A DNA stretch of 64,000 bases from positions 3,151-67,150 of the forward strand of contig JADFCZ010000013.1 of NCBI GenBank assembly GCA_018263295.1. The letters are read 5' to 3'. This document shows, one piece after another, positions 58,395 through 64,000 of the stretch. Position numbers and translations under genes: made by a program. The DNA is from Conexibacter sp. (GTDB lineage: Bacteria; Actinomycetota; Thermoleophilia; Solirubrobacterales; 70-9). The first letter of the stretch is position 1; the number at the start of each line of letters is the position of its first letter. The notes below the pieces were generated by a model. That model did not search any database and was not told the origin of the DNA. It was given only the letters and a program-made list of their open reading frames with translations.

Positions 58395-59012
58395 ATGCCA
58401 TATTTCGGGCACCCGCAAGCAGCCGACGAAGGGATCATCGTGGCCACCAGCACCAGCAAGAAGAGCACCCGGCGTCCGAAGGCCTCCCGTTCGGCGGAAC
58501 GGCCCGACAAGAACATCGAGGCGTTCCGCGACGCCCTCGAGAAGAGCATCACCCTCCCGCGGGAGCGGATCCAGGAGGTCGTCGACGACGCGGTCAAGCG
58601 CGGCCGGATGACCCGCGACGACGCCAACGAGCTCGTCTCCAAGCTCGTCTCCCGCGGCCGCAAGCAGTCCGAGGAACTCGTCAAGGATCTGGAGGCGCTG
58701 CTGGATCAGGCGCGCAAGCGGGTCGAGAAGCAGACGACCAAGGCGCGACGCCAGGTCAAGGGAACGGCCGGCAAGGTCGCCCGCCAGGCCCGCGACGCCG
58801 CCGACGAGCCGCTCGCGCGCGCCGACAGCGTCCGCCGCAAGGCGGGCGTCGGGTCGTTCCCGATCACCGGCTACGACGAGCTGACCGCGGTCCAGATCGG
58901 GAAGCGCCTCGGCGGGCTCTCCAAGCCCGAGCTCCGCAAGGTCCGGACCTACGAGAAGAACAACAAGGCGCGCAAGAGCATCCTCGGCAAGATCGACAAG
59001 GCGCTCGCCTGA
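58395..59012 (+). CDS. Phasin-like / polyhydroxyalkanoate-granule-associated-type protein with a C-terminal helical DNA/RNA-binding-like tail
   Basis: Central block FRDALEKSITLPRERIQEVVDDAVKRGRMTRDDANELVSKLVSRGRKQSEEL resembles TIGR01837-type phasins. The start is ATG 58395 or GTG 58440 (preceded by GAAGGGA). Confidence 0.55.
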   Translation: MPYFGHPQAADEGIIVATSTSKKSTRRPKASRSAERPDKNIEAFRDALEKSITLPRERIQEVVDDAVKRGRMTRDDANELVSKLVSRGRKQSEELVKDLEALLDQARKRVEKQTTKARRQVKGTAGKVARQARDAADEPLARADSVRRKAGVGSFPITGYDELTAVQIGKRLGGLSKPELRKVRTYEKNNKARKSILGKIDKALA

Positions 59013-60367
59013 GCGCCCCGGCGAGCCAGGCCAGACCGAAGCGGGGAGCCGAGCTCGACCTCCGGGTCGACTCGCTCGCACAGGGCGGTCGCGGGGTCGC
59101 GCGCACCCCCGAGGGCTTCGTCGTCTTCGTCGCCGGCGGCCTGCCCGGCGACCACGTTCGCGCACGGGTGGGGAAGTCGAAGAAGACCTGGGCGGAGGCG
59201 GCCATCGTCGAGCTGCTCGAGGCCGGCCCCGACCGGATCGCCGACACCTGCGTGCACGGCGGCGAGCCCTGCCCCGGCGCCGCCTGGCAGGGCCTGCCGT
59301 ACGAGCGTCAGCTCGCCGAGAAGCAGGCACAGGTGGCCGAGGCCCTCGAGCGCCTCGGCCGGTTCACCGACGTCGAGCTCGAGCCGATCCTGCCCGCGGT
59401 CGAGCAATGGCGCTACCGCAACAAGCTCGAGTATTCGTTCGGCGCGCCCGGTCCGGACGACCCGCCCGCCGACCCCGTCCTCGGCTTCCACGCCCGCGGA
59501 CGCTGGGACCGGATCATCGACGTCGACGACTGCCGCCTCGCCACCGCGGCCAACAACGAGGCCCGCAACGCCGTCCGCGAGTGGGCGCGCGCCGAGGGCC
59601 TGCACGCCGCCGACGACTTCGGGGCGGGCGAGCTCCGCAACCTGATCGTCCGCGAGGGGCGCCGGACGGGCCAGGTCCAGACCCGCCTCGTCACCGCGGC
59701 GGCCGAGATCCCCCGTCCCCCGGTCGATCTCCACACGGTGATCGAGGGGCCGTCGGGGGGCACGGCCGGCCCGACCGGCGTCCTCGGCGAGGAGTTCCTC
59801 CGCGAGCGGCTCGGCGACCTCGAGCTGCGGGTCTCACCGGGCGCCTTCCTCCAGACCAACACCGAAACCGCCGAGCTCCTCTACGGCATCGCCCGCGAGT
59901 ACGCGGCGCTCGGCGGCGACGAACGCCTCTTCGACCTCTACTGCGGGATCGGCACGATCGGGCTGAGCATGGCCGCCGACGCGGGCGAGGTCTGGGGGAT
60001 CGAGAACATCGCCGAAGCGATCGTCGACGCCGAGGCCAACGCCGAGCTGAACGGGATCGGCAACGCCCGCTTCCGCGTCGCCGACGCACGGCTCGGGATC
60101 CGGCCCCTGGTCGAAGAGGCCGGCCGGCCCGACGTCGTCGTCCTCGACCCGCCCCGGGCCGGGCTCTCGGCGAAGATCGTCCGCCGTGTCCTCGAGTGCG
60201 AGGCGGACCGGATCGTCTACGTCTCCTGCAACCCGACGACGATGGCGCCGAACGCGCGGCAGATGGTCGACGCCGGTTATAGGCTGGCCCGAGTGCGTCC
60301 CGTCGACATGTTCCCCCAGACGCCCCACATCGAGTGCGTCGCCCTGCTCGAACGGGTGGGCCCGTGA
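59009..60367 (+). CDS. TRAM-domain class I SAM-dependent RNA (uracil-5-)-methyltransferase (RumA/TrmA family); start codon unresolved
   Basis: TRAM-like LRVDSLAQGGRGVAR...VVFVAGGLPGD.V.ARV.K.KK. SAM fold LFDLYCGIGTIGL, DPPRAG and YVSCNP. There is no ATG, GTG or TTG in frame between 58367 and 59167, so the CTG at 59009 is a candidate start. Confidence 0.7.
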   Translation: MSAPASQARPKRGAELDLRVDSLAQGGRGVARTPEGFVVFVAGGLPGDHVRARVGKSKKTWAEAAIVELLEAGPDRIADTCVHGGEPCPGAAWQGLPYERQLAEKQAQVAEALERLGRFTDVELEPILPAVEQWRYRNKLEYSFGAPGPDDPPADPVLGFHARGRWDRIIDVDDCRLATAANNEARNAVREWARAEGLHAADDFGAGELRNLIVREGRRTGQVQTRLVTAAAEIPRPPVDLHTVIEGPSGGTAGPTGVLGEEFLRERLGDLELRVSPGAFLQTNTETAELLYGIAREYAALGGDERLFDLYCGIGTIGLSMAADAGEVWGIENIAEAIVDAEANAELNGIGNARFRVADARLGIRPLVEEAGRPDVVVLDPPRAGLSAKIVRRVLECEADRIVYVSCNPTTMAPNARQMVDAGYRLARVRPVDMFPQTPHIECVALLERVGP

Positions 60368-61149
60368 GCGGGGCGCGCGGATACGGCGTCGCCGCCGGAC
60401 TCGACCCCGATGTGGCCACCCCCCTCGCCGCCCGCTGCGAGGAGCTCGGCTACACGTCGATGTGGGCCAATGACCACCCGGCGGCCAGCGGCCTCGAGAC
60501 GCTCGCCGCATTCGCCGACGGCTCGGCAGCGATGCAGCTCGGCGTCGGCGTCCTCGCGATCGACCGCCACCAGCCCGTCTCGATCAACGAGAAGATCGAG
60601 GAGCTAGGCCTCGATCGCTCGCGCCTGCTGATCGGCGTCGGCGCCGGGTTCTCCGAGAAGCCCCTGACGGCGATGCGCGAGGCGCACGACGCGCTCCGCG
60701 AGGCGATCCCCGGCGTCAAGCTCGTCCTCGCGGCCATGGGTCCGAAGATGTGCGCGCTCGCCGGATCCTCATACGACGGCGCCTTCTTCAACTGGGTCAC
60801 CCCCGAATACGCCGCCGATGCGCGCGGCAACGTCGAGGCGGGCGCCGCCGAGGCCGGCCGCCCCGCGCCCCGCGTCTACGGCTACGTCCGCACCTCGGTC
60901 GGCGCCGACGCCGAGACCCGCCTCGCCAAGGAGGAGGGCTTCTACCGTGACCTCCACGACGGCTACCGCCGCCAGTTCGAGCGCCTCGGCCAACCGCCCG
61001 GCACCGTCGGCGTCGCCGCCGAGAACCCCGACGACGCCGACGGAATGCTCAACGCCTACGAGGCCCTCGACACGGTCGTGGTCCGCGGCCTCGCCAGCGC
61101 CAAGCTGGAGGCGATGGACCGGGTGGCGACGGCAGCGGCGCCCAGATAA
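60364..61149 (+). CDS. LLM-class (luciferase-like) F420-dependent oxidoreductase
   Basis: Block pattern E.LGY.S.W..DH and LG.GV of the luciferase-like family. GTG overlaps the upstream stop (GTGA). Confidence 0.75.
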   Translation: MSGARGYGVAAGLDPDVATPLAARCEELGYTSMWANDHPAASGLETLAAFADGSAAMQLGVGVLAIDRHQPVSINEKIEELGLDRSRLLIGVGAGFSEKPLTAMREAHDALREAIPGVKLVLAAMGPKMCALAGSSYDGAFFNWVTPEYAADARGNVEAGAAEAGRPAPRVYGYVRTSVGADAETRLAKEEGFYRDLHDGYRRQFERLGQPPGTVGVAAENPDDADGMLNAYEALDTVVVRGLASAKLEAMDRVATAAAPR

Positions 61150-61150
61150 C

Positions 61151-61190
61151 TCCGGGGGATCCTCCGCTTCGCGTCCGGTCTCCCCGGCCC
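61151..61190 (+). repeat. Copy D (short form, plus orientation) of the stem-loop repeat, directly after the LLM stop codon
   Basis: CCGGGGGA-tcCTCCGCTTCGCGTCCGgtc-TCCCCGG. The loop carries the same 16-nt core (reverse complement of CGGACGCGAAGCGGAG) with a different stem. Confidence 0.55.
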
Positions 61191-61261
61191 GACGCTGAAG
61201 CCGCGAGTGGTTCATTTGTCCGGCCAGGCCGCACTTTTGGACCACTCGACGTGCGGCAGTG

Positions 61262-61290
61262 GCCTCTCCGGCCGGTCCGGCCGGAGAGGC
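61262..61290. repeat. Perfect palindrome GCCTCTCCGGCCGG-T-CCGGCCGGAGAGGC
   Basis: 14-bp arms with a single central T, read directly from the sequence. It lies in the 250-bp spacer between convergent genes. Confidence 0.5.
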
Positions 61291-61321
61291 GGCGCACAAT
61301 GTCCGGCAGCCCCGAAGGGGA

Positions 61322-61401
61322 TGCCGTGATCTAAGCGCCGCCGGACCCCGCCAGCAGTCCGGCGGAAGCGGACGCGAAGCGGAGCATTCCGCCGGAGGTA
61401 T
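61322..61401 (-). repeat. Copy C of the ~80-nt stem-loop repeat, abutting or overlapping the stop codon of the 61401..61826 gene
   Basis: Near-identical to copy A (24894-24974). Core hairpin at 61358-61396. Confidence 0.65.
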
Positions 61402-61826
61402 TACTGGCTCGGCAACGGGCTGCCCGCCTTGAAGGCGAACCAGAGCCAGAAGGCGACCGTGACGATCATCGTCGTCACCACGAAGAGCCGCTCGATGCCG
61501 CCCATCGCCGATCCCCGCTTGATCTCGCGGGTGTCGGTCATGCCCTTCAACCAGGGAGCGCGGGCGCGCGCCGGGCCGCCGCCGGGGGCGCCTTCGCGCG
61601 GTCCGAAGAAGGCCATCACGATGCCCGCCAGGTAGAGCAGCAGCACGTAGGTGAGGATGATCCCGAAGAGGATCACCATCGCGACCGAGAAGTTGACGGT
61701 GCTGGCACCCGAGCTGGTCTGCAGCTGCGAGCCGATCCAGACCCACGCCAACGGCACGCCGAAGCCGATGAGAATCGCGGCGATGACGGTCGCGACGAAG
61801 GTGACTAGCTGCTCGATCGCGCGCAT
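61401..61826 (-). CDS. Hypothetical membrane protein (141 aa, 3-4 TM helices)
   Basis: Hydrophobic helices (VATVIAAILIGFGVPLAWVWIG, VAMVILFGIILTYVLLLYLAGIVMAFF, LFVVTTMIVTVAFWLWFAF) and GC3 bias. Confidence 0.55.
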   Translation of the reverse strand: MRAIEQLVTFVATVIAAILIGFGVPLAWVWIGSQLQTSSGASTVNFSVAMVILFGIILTYVLLLYLAGIVMAFFGPREGAPGGGPARARAPWLKGMTDTREIKRGSAMGGIERLFVVTTMIVTVAFWLWFAFKAGSPLPSQ

Positions 61827-61872
61827 GGACAGCGAAATGTAGCGGCGGGGCGACGCCCGCCCGGCACCGCGA

Positions 61873-62523
61873 TCAGTAGGGCGGCAGATCCTCGTACCAC
61901 TCGCCGACCGCGCGAAAGGCGCGCCAGAAGTCGCGCTTGGGCCCTTCGGAGTCGAGCGAGGCGTCGATGTCGGGGGTATAGATGACGTCGATCGTCGGCG
62001 TCAGCGGCTGGATCTCGCCCGGGAGCGCGTCGACCGGAGCGGCGAGCGGGATGCTGACGTCGTTCAGCGACTCGAGCGCCTGCTCGCCCATGACGACGAT
62101 GCAGCGGGGCTCGACGATCGCTACCTCGCGGACGAGACGGGCCACGCAGTTCGGCGAGGCGAGCGCGGGGTCGGAGAGCGGGCACTTCACGCAAAGCGTC
62201 CCGTAGACGACGAGCGGGTCGATGCCGAGCCGCTTCAGCGACTTCATCACCGCGGTCCCGGCGCGGCCGTAGAACGCCACCCCCTCCTCGATCTCGGCGA
62301 CGCTCGGCGCGTACTTCAACAGCATCACGTCGGCCTGCGGGTGACCCGATCCGAGCACCGGCATCAGGTTGCCCCGCGGGCAGTCGTCGCAGTCCTGGAG
62401 CTCGTGCGTGAGCTGGTTCAGCTCGCGAATCGCGCGCTCGAGGTACTTCTCCTTGATCTGGTCCTCAGTGATCGGCACGGCGGACTCTTTTGACGGCCCC
62501 CGTCCCTCTCCTTGCGGTTGCAC
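61873..62523 (-). CDS. Uracil-DNA glycosylase superfamily protein (family 4/5-like, Fe-S type)
   Basis: CDDCPRG near the N-terminus and LCVKCPL later give an Fe-S Cys pattern. GSGHPQADVMLL..AP....E...G.AF.GRAG occupies the place of the GEAPG motif. Confidence 0.7.
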   Translation of the reverse strand: MQPQGEGRGPSKESAVPITEDQIKEKYLERAIRELNQLTHELQDCDDCPRGNLMPVLGSGHPQADVMLLKYAPSVAEIEEGVAFYGRAGTAVMKSLKRLGIDPLVVYGTLCVKCPLSDPALASPNCVARLVREVAIVEPRCIVVMGEQALESLNDVSIPLAAPVDALPGEIQPLTPTIDVIYTPDIDASLDSEGPKRDFWRAFRAVGEWYEDLPPY

Positions 62524-62542
62524 TTCGTTATGGCCCCCTGAA

Positions 62543-64000
62543 TCAACTCTTGCCGCGGGCGCCCGTCCGCCTCCGGCGGGTCTCGGAGCGCCGTCCGCCC
62601 CGGACCGGCTGCGGGTCCGCGACCTCCTTGCGGCCGCCGGCCTGGCCGCTTGCGGCCTGCATCCACTTCAGGGCCTGGACGTAGACCAGGTTCTTGTGCT
62701 TGCGGACGATGTCCGCGTTCCGCATCGCCTCGAGGAACTCCTCGGCGCCGTCGAAGTCGTGGAGCCGGATCCGGACGCTGCCGAGCGCCTGAGCGACGTG
62801 CCCGTCGGAGCCGGCGCCGGGGACGATCCGGTACTTGGCGGCGAACCGCTCCGCCTCCTCGTTGAAGGCGCTGAACGCCACCCGCGGGTTGAAGACCTCG
62901 AGGATGTCGATCTCCTCGACCATGCCGAGCAGGTGCTCGTAGTCGGGCACCGAGTGGAGCCTGTCGAACGGGTGCGGCACGTAGACGAGCCCGCCCTGGC
63001 GGCGGATCTCGGCGACGGTCTCCGCCATCGTCATCCCGCGCTCGATCTTCTCCTCGAGGAACAGCCCGATCACCTCCCCCTGCTCGGCCGTCTTCACCTC
63101 CTCGCCGACGATCACCTTGATGCCGCCGTCCCGCTCGGCCGCCTCGCGCGCGGCGAGCGCCCCCGAGATCTCGTTGTGGTCGGTGACCGCGATCGCCCCC
63201 ATGCCGCGGTCCTTCGCCGTCTCGAGCAGCACCTCGACCGGCGTCGCGCAGTCGTTGGAGTGGTCGGTGTGCATGTGCAGGTCGCAGTCGATCGTCCGCC
63301 GCCGGGCGATCCGCTTCCAGACCTCCGGCTTCCCCGACGGGTCGTGGCGCCGCGCGGCGATCCGGGCGTAGACGCGCTCGAGCTCGTCGGCGACGTCGGC
63401 GTAGGAGCGCGCCGAGCCCCTCCCCGCCTTCGCGAGCCGCTTCCGCAACTCCGGGTCGCGGACGAGCCGCTCGAGCTGCCCCGCGAGGGTCAGCGAGTCG
63501 CCCGGCGGGAAGACGAGGCCGAGCTCGCCGGCGGCGTCGTCGACGAGCTCCTCGTAGGCATCGATCTGAGCCGCGACCGGCACCGCGCCCGCGGCGAACG
63601 CCCCCAGGATCAGGCTCGGCGCCGGCTGCGGCCCGCCGGAGGCGGCGACGAGCACGTCGGAGCCGGCGATCACGTCCTCGGCCTCGATCTCTCCCGGCCG
63701 CAGGATCCGGACCCGCTCACGCAGTCGGCTGTTGAGTCGCGGCGTCTGGACGGACCCGTCCTCGATCCAGACGTCGGCCTCCCAGTCGAGGTCCAGCGGC
63801 AGCTTCCGCAGCGCGCGCAGGAAGATCCGCAGCGCCCCCCGCTCCTCGCGCGCGCAGTGGACGATCCGGACCGGACGGCCGGGCACGTCGTCGGTCGCGC
63901 CGACCTCCGCGGCCGGGGGCACGACCTCGTAGGCACCGGGGAAGAAGCGGTTGAGGAGCTCCCCGGTGCTCCTGCCGGCGACCATCCGCGCGTCGAGGCG
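62543..64000 (-). CDS. Fusion protein with a GT4-type glycosyltransferase C-terminal half plus a PHP-domain phosphoesterase (N-terminus beyond the window edge)
   Basis: GT-B C-terminal domain features (VLVAAS....P.P.LILGAFAAGAVPVAA...YEE.V). The PHP motif follows: CDLHMHTDHSNDC...AVTDHN...VPHPFD...GSDGH. The ORF is still open at 64000. Confidence 0.7.
   Translation of the reverse strand, partial: RLDARMVAGRSTGELLNRFFPGAYEVVPPAAEVGATDDVPGRPVRIVHCAREERGALRIFLRALRKLPLDLDWEADVWIEDGSVQTPRLNSRLRERVRILRPGEIEAEDVIAGSDVLVAASGGPQPAPSLILGAFAAGAVPVAAQIDAYEELVDDAAGELGLVFPPGDSLTLAGQLERLVRDPELRKRLAKAGRGSARSYADVADELERVYARIAARRHDPSGKPEVWKRIARRRTIDCDLHMHTDHSNDCATPVEVLLETAKDRGMGAIAVTDHNEISGALAAREAAERDGGIKVIVGEEVKTAEQGEVIGLFLEEKIERGMTMAETVAEIRRQGGLVYVPHPFDRLHSVPDYEHLLGMVEEIDILEVFNPRVAFSAFNEEAERFAAKYRIVPGAGSDGHVAQALGSVRIRLHDFDGAEEFLEAMRNADIVRKHKNLVYVQALKWMQAASGQAGGRKEVADPQPVRGGRRSETRRRRTGARGKS

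Overview
Very GC-rich, tightly packed chromosomal core region. It looks Actinobacteria-like, possibly Thermoleophilia/Rubrobacteria-type, judging from F420/LLM, MMPL, TreT and lysA-hom-thrC content; no taxon can be proven from the sequence alone. I support about 57 protein genes, 3 tRNAs (Asp-GTC, Val-TAC, Glu-TTC, all on the minus strand) and several RNA or regulatory elements. There is no rRNA, CRISPR array, transposase or integrase. Housekeeping blocks: ftsE-ftsX-ctp; nadA and nadC; comFC-hpf-secA-(secreted protein)-prfB; lysA-hom-thrC; a fatty-acid block (acyl-CoA dehydrogenase, thiolase, MMPL, 3-hydroxyacyl-CoA dehydrogenase); argF; lgt. Points worth a second look: (1) an ~80-nt stem-loop repeat family placed directly after stop codons, with four copies, an invariant 16-nt loop core and compensatory stem changes; (2) a co-directional cluster of PLP decarboxylase, guanidino-modifying enzyme, M20 carbamoyl-amidase and APC permease, followed by an enolase-like gene, ferritin and a Tat-exported flavin amine oxidase, which may be a non-canonical arginine/agmatine-to-polyamine route; (3) a lower-GC free-standing gene for an HTH plus LAGLIDADG-like protein wedged between tRNA-Glu and argF; (4) a candidate yybP-ykoY Mn2+ riboswitch ahead of terC; (5) the classical prfB +1 frameshift site; (6) an RNA methyltransferase whose TRAM domain has no canonical start codon; (7) a six-module Cys-containing RTX-like secreted protein; (8) a GT4-PHP fusion gene. 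Many very long ORFs in the track are antisense artefacts of the high GC content and were rejected.
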